NCBI GenBank assembly: GCA_965228475.1
Contig: OZ245817.1
Location: 128,001-192,000, forward strand
DNA from: Myxococcota bacterium
GTDB lineage: Bacteria > Myxococcota_A > UBA9160 > JAFDDA01
Length of the DNA stretch: 64,000 bases
Direction: 5' to 3'
Every line of letters begins with the position of its first letter. Positions within the stretch are counted from its first letter, which is position 1. Positions 31,697 through 40,743 of this stretch are shown piece by piece. Under the pieces are notes generated by a model that was not told where the DNA came from, ran no database searches, and saw only the letters and a program-made list of their open reading frames with translations. Position numbers and translations under genes: made by a program.

Positions 31697-32002
31697 CTAC
31701 CAGCTCGACTTGCGCACGCCGGGCAGGTGCCCCTTGTGCGCGAGTTCGCGCATCTTGATGCGCGAGATGCCGTACTTGCGGTACACGCCGCGGGCGCGCC
31801 CGGTGAGCTCGCAGCGGCGCGTGATGCGCGTGGAGCAGGAGTTGCGCGGCAGCTTGGCAAAGCCTTCCTGGGCCGCGAGTTTCTCGTCGATCGACGTGTT
31901 CGGGTCGCGCAGGATGCGGCGCAGCGCGGCGCGCTTCTCCGCATACTTGTCGACGAGCTTCCGACGGCGCAGATCGCGCTGTACCTGACTGGTCTTCGCC
32001 AT
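31697..32002 (-). CDS. rpsN: 30S ribosomal protein S14, long Zn-independent form
   Basis: 101 aa; [26 protein letters not shown]. Confidence 0.96.
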   Translation of the reverse strand: MAKTSQVQRDLRRRKLVDKYAEKRAALRRILRDPNTSIDEKLAAQEGFAKLPRNSCSTRITRRCELTGRARGVYRKYGISRIKMRELAHKGHLPGVRKSSW

Positions 32003-32043
32003 GGACTGGGCTCCGGGCGGGCGAAGTGCCCGCGGGAAGGCGC

Positions 32044-32072
32044 TTTATAGTCCAGCGGCCGCCCGGCTGCAA
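32044..32072 (-). promoter_or_regulatory. Sigma70-type promoter of rpsN-rpmE2
   Basis: TTGCAG-N17-TATAAA. Confidence 0.65.
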
Positions 32073-32108
32073 CGCGATTCCCCGCGGGGACAGCCGCCTC
32101 GGTTGGTC

Positions 32109-33590
32109 TCAGGCGGTGTGGAAGAGCTCCATCAGCCTCGGGTCGACGGTGGCCGAGCGGGCGCGGTGCTTGGCCCAGTCCCGAAGCTCCTTGATGCGCT
32201 CCTCGTAGGTCTCGTAGAGGGGCACGGTCTCGGTGATGGCGTTGGCGAGGTCCGCATCCGTGAGGTCCCGGCTCTCGGCGAAGGCCTTGTAGAGGGCCGC
32301 GCTCACCACCTGCTCGAGCTCCGCGCCCGAGAGGCGCTCGGCCGAGTCCGCCAGCTCGTCGAGCATGAAGTGGTTCGGGTCGCGGCCCGCGCGGCGGAGG
32401 TGGATGGCGAGGATCTCGAGGCGCTCGAGCTCGTTCGGGAGGTCGACGAAGAAGAGCTCGTCGAAGCGGCCGCGGCGCAGGAGTTCCGGCGGCAGGTGCG
32501 TGACGTCGTTGGCCGTGGCGGCGACGAAGACCGGTGCCTTCTTCTCCGCGAGCCAGGTGAGGAAGGAGCCGAACACGCGGCTGGCCGTCGCGTCCTCGCC
32601 CGAGGCGGCGAAGCCCTTCTCGATCTCGTCGATCCAGAGGATCACCGGGGCGAGCGATTCGGCCACGGCGGTCGCGGTGCGGATGACGACCTCGGGGCTC
32701 TGGCTCGGGTCGCCGAAGGCGGCGGCGAGGTCGAGCCGGAGCAGCGGGAACTGCCACTCGCGGGCGACGGCCTTGGCCGAGAGCGACTTGCCGCAGCCCT
32801 GAACGCCGAGCAGCAGCAGCCCGCGCGGCGTGGGCAGGCCGAACTGGCGCGCGTCCTCGTCGAAGGCGCGGCGGCGCTCGCGCAGCCAGTGCTTGAGCTC
32901 GCCGAGGCCGCCGACGTCGTCGAGGCCCCCGTCGGGCTCGTGGAAGGTCAACGCCGGCGTTCGCCGCAGCGTGTTGCCCTTCTCCTTCACGATGCGCCGG
33001 ATCGCGTTCTCGTCGAGGCCGCGGGCTTCGAGGCAGGCCATGTTGAAGATGCGCACGGCCTCGCTCGCGGTCAGGCCGAGCGCGGCGCGAACGGCGGCGC
33101 CGAAGAGCGATTCGTCCGCGACCGGGAGCTTTCGCTGCTCGGCGACCTTGCGGAAGAGCGGCTCGAGCTCACGCGCGGTCGGGAGCGGGAGCGAGACGCG
33201 GGCGGCCTCGCGGTCGATCTCGAGCGGCAGTTCGACGACCGGGCCGAGCAGCACGACGGCCTGGCGCCGCTTGCCGAGCAGCGGAAGCGAATCGCGCAGG
33301 CGCCGCACGGCGGAAGCCTCCGCGAGCACGCGGTGCGCGTCGAGGACCACGAGGATGGCTGCGGCGTCCTGCTGGGCGAAGTGCTTCAGGCCTTCGTCGA
33401 GGGAGCCCGCGCCCGCGCCGCTTCCGTCGACGCCCCCGGCGAGGGACCAGGTCTGCACCGCGCGTTCGCTGGCGGTGGCCGCCGCCTGGACGGTCCGCAG
33501 GGCGCGCTCTTCCTCGACGGACTCGACGGCGATCAGCCGCCAGCCCGACTTCACGAGCAGTTCGATTTCGCGGGCGATTTCCTGGCTCAC
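32109..33590 (-). CDS. AAA+ ATPase (Ycf46-like)
   Basis: GVQGCGKS, WIDEIEK, RRGRFDELFFVDLP. Confidence 0.88.
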   Translation of the reverse strand: MSQEIAREIELLVKSGWRLIAVESVEEERALRTVQAAATASERAVQTWSLAGGVDGSGAGAGSLDEGLKHFAQQDAAAILVVLDAHRVLAEASAVRRLRDSLPLLGKRRQAVVLLGPVVELPLEIDREAARVSLPLPTARELEPLFRKVAEQRKLPVADESLFGAAVRAALGLTASEAVRIFNMACLEARGLDENAIRRIVKEKGNTLRRTPALTFHEPDGGLDDVGGLGELKHWLRERRRAFDEDARQFGLPTPRGLLLLGVQGCGKSLSAKAVAREWQFPLLRLDLAAAFGDPSQSPEVVIRTATAVAESLAPVILWIDEIEKGFAASGEDATASRVFGSFLTWLAEKKAPVFVAATANDVTHLPPELLRRGRFDELFFVDLPNELERLEILAIHLRRAGRDPNHFMLDELADSAERLSGAELEQVVSAALYKAFAESRDLTDADLANAITETVPLYETYEERIKELRDWAKHRARSATVDPRLMELFHTA

Positions 33591-33649
33591 TGCGCGTCCG
33601 CCGTCACGGGGTCGAGATTCTTTCGGCTCACTGCGCGTCCGCCGTCACG
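33584..33649. repeat. Perfect 25-bp direct repeat (33584-33608, 33625-33649)
   Basis: GGCTCACTGCGCGTCCGCCGTCACG twice, 16-bp spacer. Confidence 0.95.
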
Positions 33650-35547
33650 CGAACCACCTCTTCGAAGGTCGTGACGCCTTCGGCGAGCTTGCGCACGGCC
33701 GCTTCGCGGAGCGTCTCCATGCCCTCGATGCGGGCGCCTTCGGTGATCTCGTTCGCATCCTTGCCGGCGTTGATCAGGGCGCGCACGCGGCGCCCGACGT
33801 CGAGCATCTCGAAGACGCCGCTTCGGCCGAACAGGCCCGTGTGGCGGCAATCGACGCAGCCTTCGCCCCACTTCACGCGCAGCCGGTCGCGCCGCTCGAC
33901 GGGCACCTTGATGCCGAGGGCGTTCACCTGGTCGGGGTTCAGCGTTCCCTCGACGCCGCACCGCGGACAGACCTTGCGGACGAGCCGCTGGGCGAGGATG
34001 CCGCGCAGCACGCTCGAGAGCAGGAACCGCTCGACGCCGAGGTCGAGGAGCCGCGTCACCGCGCCCGCCGAATCCCGCGTGTGGACGGTCGAGAAGACGA
34101 GGTGGCCCGTCAGCGCGGCCTGCACCGCCATCTGCGCGGTCTCGGCATCGCGGATCTCGCCGACCATGATCACGTCGGGGTCCTGGCGCAGCATGGAGCG
34201 CAGGGCGCTCGCGAAGGTGATGTCGATCTGGGCGTTCACCTGCACCTGCGAGAGCCGCGGGTCCACCATCTCGATCGGATCCTCGATGGTGGTGATGTTG
34301 GTGTCCGGGCCCGAGAGGTAGCGGAGCGTCGAGTAGAGCGTCGTCGTCTTGCCGCTTCCGGTCGGGCCGGTCACGAGGATGAGACCCGAAGGCGAGGTCA
34401 CCCAGCGCTCGAACTGTTCGCGGTCGTGGGTGGTGAAGCCCAGGTCTTCGAGGTCGCTCAGCAGGATGGTCGGGTCGAAGATGCGAATGACGAGCTTCTC
34501 GCCGAAGGCCGTCGGCAGGCTCGCCACGCGCAGCTCGACTTCGCGGTCGCCGCGGAAGGTCTTGATGCGTCCGTCCTGGGGGCGGCGCCGCTCGGCGATG
34601 TTCATGCGGGCCATGACCTTCACGCGCGAGGAGATCGCGGCGAGCACGCTGTAGGGCACGGTCTCGATCTCGTGGAGCACGCCGTCGATCCGGAAGCGGA
34701 TGAGGGCGTCTTCCTCGCGGGGCTCGAGGTGGATGTCCGAGGCGCGCTGGTCGAAGGCGTAGTTCAGCAGGTAGTCGACGGCCGCGACGACGTACTCGTC
34801 GTCCTTGCCGTCGAGCTCGTCGTTGCTCCGGACCTCGACGAGGGCGACGAGCGCATCCGAACGGCCGGACTCGCCGAGTTCGCCGCGTGCGAGGTCGACC
34901 GACTTCCGGAAGCCGTAGACGCGGTCGATCGTGGCGAGGATGTCGCGCTTCGAGGAGACGACGTACTCGATCGGCGCCGAGACCGCCTGGCGAAGGTTCT
35001 CCCGAAGGCCCGAATCCATCGGGTCCGCCACGGCGAGGGTCACGGTCTCCCCGCGCTTGCCGACGGGCACGACGACGTGCCGCCGCGCGAACGGGCGCGA
35101 GAGCGTCTTCGAGATCAGCTCGTTGTCGAGCTGGAGCGGGTCGATCTTCAGGTACGGGAGTGAGGCTGCGCCGGCGAGGGCCTCGGCGATCAGGTCTTCG
35201 TCGATGGCGCGGTCCGGCCATTTCGGGTGCGGCGCGCCCGCGGCCGCGACGATCTCGGCCGGAGAGACGTCGTAGCGCGCGGCGGCCGGGGAGCGGACGG
35301 AGCCGATGCGGTCGCGCAGGACCCGGCTGCGCAGGGTCGCCGAGCGGACCTCGATGTCCTTGGCCTGGTCCGCGGAGAGGAGTTCGTGGGTCGTGAGGAT
35401 CCCGAGCAGGTCGAGCAGGCCGAGCGGCGGCCGGAGGTCGGGGACGTTCGGGACTTCTGCAGCTCGCGGCTGAGTTTCGGCGCTGCGAGGCTGGGCCTCG
35501 ACGCTCGCGGCCTGGGCGGGCCGCGCCTTCGGGGTGGCATCTTCCAT
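33628..35547 (-). CDS. GspE/PilB-family secretion ATPase
   Basis: ASDIHLEP, PQDGR, GPTGSGKT, RQDPDVIMVGEIRD, CPRC...CVDC. Confidence 0.93.
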   Translation of the reverse strand: MEDATPKARPAQAASVEAQPRSAETQPRAAEVPNVPDLRPPLGLLDLLGILTTHELLSADQAKDIEVRSATLRSRVLRDRIGSVRSPAAARYDVSPAEIVAAAGAPHPKWPDRAIDEDLIAEALAGAASLPYLKIDPLQLDNELISKTLSRPFARRHVVVPVGKRGETVTLAVADPMDSGLRENLRQAVSAPIEYVVSSKRDILATIDRVYGFRKSVDLARGELGESGRSDALVALVEVRSNDELDGKDDEYVVAAVDYLLNYAFDQRASDIHLEPREEDALIRFRIDGVLHEIETVPYSVLAAISSRVKVMARMNIAERRRPQDGRIKTFRGDREVELRVASLPTAFGEKLVIRIFDPTILLSDLEDLGFTTHDREQFERWVTSPSGLILVTGPTGSGKTTTLYSTLRYLSGPDTNITTIEDPIEMVDPRLSQVQVNAQIDITFASALRSMLRQDPDVIMVGEIRDAETAQMAVQAALTGHLVFSTVHTRDSAGAVTRLLDLGVERFLLSSVLRGILAQRLVRKVCPRCGVEGTLNPDQVNALGIKVPVERRDRLRVKWGEGCVDCRHTGLFGRSGVFEMLDVGRRVRALINAGKDANEITEGARIEGMETLREAAVRKLAEGVTTFEEVVRVTADAQ

Positions 35548-35727
35548 GGAGGCCGTATCGGTCGGCCTGGGGCAAAACCTGCGGCCCGGGTGGGGCCGAT
35601 TCGGCTGCCGTTCAGCGCCGGGGGGCCCGGATCCGGGCCGCTCCTGGCGGCGCCCCGGCCTCGGGGATCTGCCGGTGGGCTGCTCACGCGTTGCCGCCTC
35701 GCGTGCCAACCGCCAATCTCCGGGCCC

Positions 35728-36726
35728 ATGGCGCTGCGATTGATCGAAGCCTTCGTCCCCGAGCACCTGTGCGACGACGCCGAGGCGACCCTCCGGGAGG
35801 TGGGCGCCCACGCGGTCTGGCAGGAGCCGGGCCACCACGGCGATGCCGTGCTCCGGGCGGTGGTCGGCAGGAGCCGGAGCGGCAAGGCGCTCGATGCCCT
35901 GCACGACCGCTTCCACACGAACCCGCACTTCCGGGTGTTGGTCCTCCCCCTCGAAGCCACCCTGCCCCGGCCTCGGGCCAGCGACAGTTCGAAGGACCGC
36001 AAGGCCGTGGCCTCGGCCGCCGGCGTCTCGCGCGAGGAGATCTACGCGAAGATCAGCGACGGCGCCGTCCTCTCGACGGACTTCCTGGCCATGACCCTGC
36101 TCTCGACGATCGTGGCCGCCATCGGGCTGGTCACCAACAACGTCGCCGCGGTGATCGGCGCGATGGTGGTGGCGCCGCTGCTCGGTCCGAACGTGGCCCT
36201 CGCCCTCGGCCTCACGCTCGGCGACCGCGAGCTCACCCGGGCGGCGATGCGCACGAACCTCGCGGGGGTCACCCTCGCGTTCGGTACCGCCTTCCTGGCC
36301 GGCTTCTTCTTCACGGTCGACCCGAACGTCCCGGAGCTCGCCGCGCGGACGCGCGTCGGCCTGCTCGACCTCCTGCTCGCCCTCGCCGCCGGCTGCGCCG
36401 GCGCTCTCGCCTACACGAGCGGCGCGCCCACCTATCTGATCGGCGTGATGGTCGCCGTCGCGATCCTGCCCCCCACCGTCGCGAGCGGCCTGTTCTTCGG
36501 CAACGGCCTGTGGCGCGAAGGGACGGGGGCGATCGCGCTCGTCGCGGCGAACGTCGCCGGCCTGAACCTCGTCAGCATGGCGACGCTGATCGCCAAGGGC
36601 ATGCGGCCGCGGTACTGGTGGCAGGCCGAACGCGCCAAGGCGAGCGCGCGCCGCGGCCTCGTCGGCTGGCTGGTCCTGCTCGTCCTGTTGGTCGCGGCGG
36701 TGCTGCTCTCGCGCCGCTTTGGCTGA
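35728..36726 (+). CDS. TIGR00341/DUF389 membrane protein
   Basis: IGAMVVAPLLGP, ELAART, GVMVAVAILPP. Confidence 0.85.
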   Translation: MALRLIEAFVPEHLCDDAEATLREVGAHAVWQEPGHHGDAVLRAVVGRSRSGKALDALHDRFHTNPHFRVLVLPLEATLPRPRASDSSKDRKAVASAAGVSREEIYAKISDGAVLSTDFLAMTLLSTIVAAIGLVTNNVAAVIGAMVVAPLLGPNVALALGLTLGDRELTRAAMRTNLAGVTLAFGTAFLAGFFFTVDPNVPELAARTRVGLLDLLLALAAGCAGALAYTSGAPTYLIGVMVAVAILPPTVASGLFFGNGLWREGTGAIALVAANVAGLNLVSMATLIAKGMRPRYWWQAERAKASARRGLVGWLVLLVLLVAAVLLSRRFG

Positions 36727-36742
36727 GTTCGGCTGAGCTGCT

Positions 36743-37024
36743 TCAGACCGCCGGTGCGATCTGCGCTCGCGCTTCGAGCCGCTTGAGTCGTCCGAGCAGG
36801 GACTGCGTGTGCCCCGGGACGTCCTCGATCCGCAGGGCGTGGAGCTCCGTCGGCAGGATGCCCTTCACCACGCCGCGCATCTGACGCGGGCTCACGGACT
36901 CGGAGTCGAAGCCCGCTTCCTTCAACGCGAGCCGCACCGTTCCCCGCGCCGCGCGCCGGTCCAGTCCCGTCGAGCGTTCCAGGTGATCACAGACGAGTGT
37001 GAAGGCTGCTGCGTCGCTCACCAC
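36743..37024 (-). CDS. Small helical hypothetical protein
   Basis: GGAG RBS; ARGTVRLALKEAG; fills the gap between genes. Confidence 0.65.
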   Translation of the reverse strand: MVSDAAAFTLVCDHLERSTGLDRRAARGTVRLALKEAGFDSESVSPRQMRGVVKGILPTELHALRIEDVPGHTQSLLGRLKRLEARAQIAPAV

Positions 37025-37142
37025 GTCTCCAAGCGTCCGACCAGAATGGGTCTGCGCCCGGCTGGGTTCCTCCTGTGCGTTCGGTCACGCGGCGCTGTAG
37101 CTTGAGGCCCTCGGGTGTTCCCCCGAGCCCGATCCGGATCCC

Positions 37143-38585
37143 ATGAGTCAGCCTGCCACGGTCCATGCACTCTCCGACGTCCCTTCCTTCGCGGACGAGG
37201 CCGACGTCGTGGTGGTCGGCCTCGGCTGTGCCGGAGCGAGTGCCGCGCTCGAAGCGGCCCAGGCCGGCCGTCGCGTGCTCGTGCTCGAGCGCGCGGGCGC
37301 CGGGGGCGGCACCTCGGCGCTCTCGGGGGGCCTGATCTACCTCGGCGGAGGGACGCGCGTGCAGCGAGCGTGCGGCTTCGAGGACGACGCCGAGAGTCTC
37401 GCGCGCTTCCTGCAGGCGGCCTGCGGGCCCGCTCCGGACGAAGCCAAGATCGCGGACTTCGCGGAGGGCGCGGTCGCGCACTTCGACTGGCTCGTCGCGC
37501 GCGGCGTCCCCTTCCGCGAGAGCTTCTACCCGGGGACGGGGATCGAGCCGCCGACCGACGACGGCTTGATCTACTCGGGCGGCGAGGACGCGGAGCCCTT
37601 TCGCCGCATCGCGCGGCCCGCGCCGCGCGGCCACTGTCCGGCGCGCCCCGGGGCCGCCGGCGGGCTCCTGATGGAGTGCCTGCTCGCGGCGGTTTCGGCG
37701 GCCGCGATCCCGGTCGCGAGCGATTCCCGCGTCGTGGGGCTCGTGCAGGCCGACGACGGCCGCGTCGTCGGGGTCGCGCTGCGCCGCGCCGGCGAGACCT
37801 TCTTCCTGCGCGCCCGGGGCGGCGTCGTGCTCGCGGCGGGCGGCTTCATCCAGAACCGCGCGATGATCGAGCGCCACGCGCCCGAGCTGCTGCGCTGCAA
37901 GGTGCGGATCGGCTGCGAGGGCGACGACGGCAGCGGCATCGAGCTCGGCGCGGCCGCGGGCGGCGCCACGAAACGCATGGATGCCGGCTCGATCTCCCTG
38001 CCCTACTACCCGCCCGAGGGGCTCAAGCGCGGCGTGCTCGTGAACGCCGCCGGCCAGCGCTTCATCAACGAGGATGCGTACTACGGCCGGGTCGGCGAGC
38101 AGGCGCTGCTCCGCCAGGAGGGCCGTGTCCATCTGATCGTCGACGACGCCGTCCACGAGCGTCCGATGGCCGGCATGCCCGTCGTGGCGACGGGGGAGAC
38201 GCCGGCGGAGCTCGCGCGGGAGCTCGGCATCGCCCCGGCCGCGCTCGAAGCGACGCTCGGCTTCTACGATGCCCACGCGGCGCGCGGAGAGGATCCGCTG
38301 TTCGGAAAGCGCGCCGACTATCTGGTGCCGCTGCGCTCGCCGCCGCTCGGAGCGCTCGACTGCACCGTCGAGGGCGCGATCTACGCGGCCTTCACCCTCG
38401 GCGGCCTGTGCACGGACGTCGAAGGGCGCGTGCTCGACGAGGCGGGCACGCCGGTGCCGGGCCTCTACGCCGCGGGGCGTTCGGTCTCGGGCCTGCCTGC
38501 GCAGGGCTACGTGAGCGGTCTTTCCCTCGCCGACGGAACGTACTTCGGCCGCCGCGCGGGCCGCGCCGCGAGCCTGGCCGTCTAG
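37143..38585 (+). CDS. FAD-dependent oxidoreductase (3-ketosteroid dehydrogenase-like)
   Basis: GLGCAG, GGTSALSGG, TLGGL, SGLSLADG. Confidence 0.85.
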   Translation: MSQPATVHALSDVPSFADEADVVVVGLGCAGASAALEAAQAGRRVLVLERAGAGGGTSALSGGLIYLGGGTRVQRACGFEDDAESLARFLQAACGPAPDEAKIADFAEGAVAHFDWLVARGVPFRESFYPGTGIEPPTDDGLIYSGGEDAEPFRRIARPAPRGHCPARPGAAGGLLMECLLAAVSAAAIPVASDSRVVGLVQADDGRVVGVALRRAGETFFLRARGGVVLAAGGFIQNRAMIERHAPELLRCKVRIGCEGDDGSGIELGAAAGGATKRMDAGSISLPYYPPEGLKRGVLVNAAGQRFINEDAYYGRVGEQALLRQEGRVHLIVDDAVHERPMAGMPVVATGETPAELARELGIAPAALEATLGFYDAHAARGEDPLFGKRADYLVPLRSPPLGALDCTVEGAIYAAFTLGGLCTDVEGRVLDEAGTPVPGLYAAGRSVSGLPAQGYVSGLSLADGTYFGRRAGRAASLAV

Positions 38586-38594
38586 AGACCGGCT

Positions 38595-39650
38595 CTAGGA
38601 GGCGTCGGCCTCGCTCCCGCCCGCGAGCTCTTCTTCGATGAGCTCGACGAAGTCTTCGACCGGTCGTGCGCCCGAGAGCCGGATCCCGTTCACGAAGAAG
38701 GCCGGGGTACCCGTCACGCCGAGGGCCCGGGCATCGGCCATGTCGCGGTCGACCACGCTCGCCGCGCGGCCGGCTGCGAGGCAGGCGTCGAAGGCCGCGA
38801 GGTCGAGTCCGGCGGTTTCGGCGGTGGCGCGGATCGTGGCGTCGTCCATGGCCCGGCCGTCGGCGAAGACCTGATCGTGGAAGGGCCAGAAGAGGTGCTG
38901 CTCGTCGGCGCACACGGAGGCCTCGGCGATGGGCCGCGCGCGCGGGTGCATGGCGAGGGGCATGTGGCGGAACACGATGCGTACCTGCTCGGGGTAGCGC
39001 TCGCGCAGGGTCTTGATCGTCGGCAGGACGCGCTGGCAGAAGGGGCAGTTGAAGTCGCTGAACTCGACGATGGTGACCGGCGCGTCCGTGGGCCCGAGGG
39101 CCGGGCCGACCGCGGCGACTTCGGCGCGCGGCGCCACGAGGGTGACCTCGACGCTCGCCGCCTCGCGCAGGCCCGCGACGTACTTCTGCCAGGCCTGCCC
39201 CCGCGTCTGCTGTGCGAGGAACTCGCGGATGCGCGGCCCGATCGTCTCGAGCGTCTGCGAGCCCATGCGCTCCTTGTTGGTTTCGAAGAAGGTCTCGACC
39301 TCGGCGTCGCTGATCGAGATCTCGCCGACGATCTCTCGCTGAAGGCCTTCGAGGTCCGTTCCACGAGCCTCGAGCTCGGCGGCGATGAGCTGGTCGTCGA
39401 TCATGCGGTCGAGGGATTCGCTCTGGAACTCGAAGAGCGCGCTTTCGTCCTTGTCCGCGGTCGCGTTCGCGTACAGCTCGTCGCGGATCCACTCCTCGAG
39501 GTCGGCCTCGCGGATCTCCCGTCCGTTCAGGGTGGCGAGGACGGCGCCCGAATCGTCGCCGGCCTCCGCTTGCTCCGAGGGTTCCGGCGGGCTGCAGGCC
39601 GCGAGGGCGACGCAGGCGAGGCTGGCGAGCAGGGTCCGAGCGAAGGGCAT
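38595..39650 (-). CDS. DsbA-family thioredoxin lipoprotein
   Basis: LAAC lipobox; EFSDFNCPFC, GTPAFFVNG. Confidence 0.9.
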   Translation of the reverse strand: MPFARTLLASLACVALAACSPPEPSEQAEAGDDSGAVLATLNGREIREADLEEWIRDELYANATADKDESALFEFQSESLDRMIDDQLIAAELEARGTDLEGLQREIVGEISISDAEVETFFETNKERMGSQTLETIGPRIREFLAQQTRGQAWQKYVAGLREAASVEVTLVAPRAEVAAVGPALGPTDAPVTIVEFSDFNCPFCQRVLPTIKTLRERYPEQVRIVFRHMPLAMHPRARPIAEASVCADEQHLFWPFHDQVFADGRAMDDATIRATAETAGLDLAAFDACLAAGRAASVVDRDMADARALGVTGTPAFFVNGIRLSGARPVEDFVELIEEELAGGSEADAS

Positions 39651-40529
39651 GGGTTCCTCCAGGTGGCGGCGATGGGCCCCCAACCGCCGGGAATTATTCG
39701 AGAATTCCTGAGAAGGGCAAATGTTGCGTTTTCACCTCAAGTCGCCGGGCGCGACTTCCGCAAAGGAATCTGGATCGAGCAGGTGCGCATGATTCCGTGC
39801 GGCCGTCTCGTGAGGTCCGCATGAGCCACCCCCTCCGTCGCCCCGGCGCGCCCCCGGCGCAGCTGCGGCGCCAACCCATCGCTTTTTCGACTCCGCCCGG
39901 AGGTCCCGTCGGGGCCGCCGCGCGGAGTGACGCGCGCGCTCGCCACGGCCGGGCGCGGGGATCGGCAGCGCGCGCATAGAGGGAGCGCGACGTAGCACCC
40001 CCAGGCCCGCATCGGGGGTGTGCGCGCGACCGTGTTGGGGAGGGGTGGCGTCGGCTGAAAACGGCGTGGGACGGTGAGGAATTCCGGGAGGGGGAGACCG
40101 AACCATCTGGCCGGCTGGCGCTACCCCATTCCCCGATCCATCCGGATCCATCCCTGCCATCCGCAGGCAGACCCCCCAAGCCTTCGATCCGCAAGCGATC
40201 CGATCGAGTGTCGGCCGCGCAGGCCCACCGCCGCGCGATGCGGAAGCGTCATCGATCGGCGCGCGTAGTTCTCCCATTCCTCGTCCGCGAGGTTCATACT
40301 CTCGGGGTCCATCGGTGGCGAGGGCCGGGTCGTTCGGGCGGCCGGCGAGAGCCCTGAGCCCCCCGTCCGGCCGCGTCGAAGCCGGACCCCGGGAACCCAG
40401 CGTCGCGGTGCGGCGCCGGAAGCCCGCGGGATCGCCGCGCGGTTCGGAGTGAGCAGGGGCCTCCGCTCGATTGCCTCGCCTGGACTCGCTGCCGATGGAC
40501 CTTCGCTTCCCGCGAGAGCCCCGTCCCGT

Positions 40530-40697
40530 CTAGTCCGGGCGCAGCTCCGCGAACCAACGCCGCACGAAGTAGAAGGTCAGGATCCAGAAGATCCCGGCGA
40601 GGAGCGTCGGCAGCGCGACGCCTTCCGGTGCGGGCAGCATGCCCTTCACCAGCCAGGCGGAGACCGTCGCGACCGCGAACGCCATGAAGCTCGGCAT
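40530..40697 (-). CDS. Small (55 aa) two-TM protein, absent from the ORF track
   Basis: MPSFMAFAVATVSAWLVKGMLPAPEGVALPTLLAGIFWILTFYFVRRWFAELRPD; strong GC3 bias. Confidence 0.75.
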   Translation of the reverse strand: MPSFMAFAVATVSAWLVKGMLPAPEGVALPTLLAGIFWILTFYFVRRWFAELRPD

Positions 40698-40743
40698 GCC
40701 GACAGAATCGGACGGCGCGCGAAAGGGCTTGAGAGGGCTTCGG

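Noticed and set aside
32066..32082. Zur box upstream of rpsN
   Set aside because: Only one half-site (TGCAAC), which coincides with the -35 element
33584..33649. CRISPR-like repeat-spacer-repeat
   Set aside because: Only two units, 16-bp spacer, the repeat is coding sequence, no cas genes
40121..40312. 63-aa ORF MDPESMNL... and other ORFs in the 39.7-40.5 kb gap
   Set aside because: No RBS, atypical codon usage, no motifs
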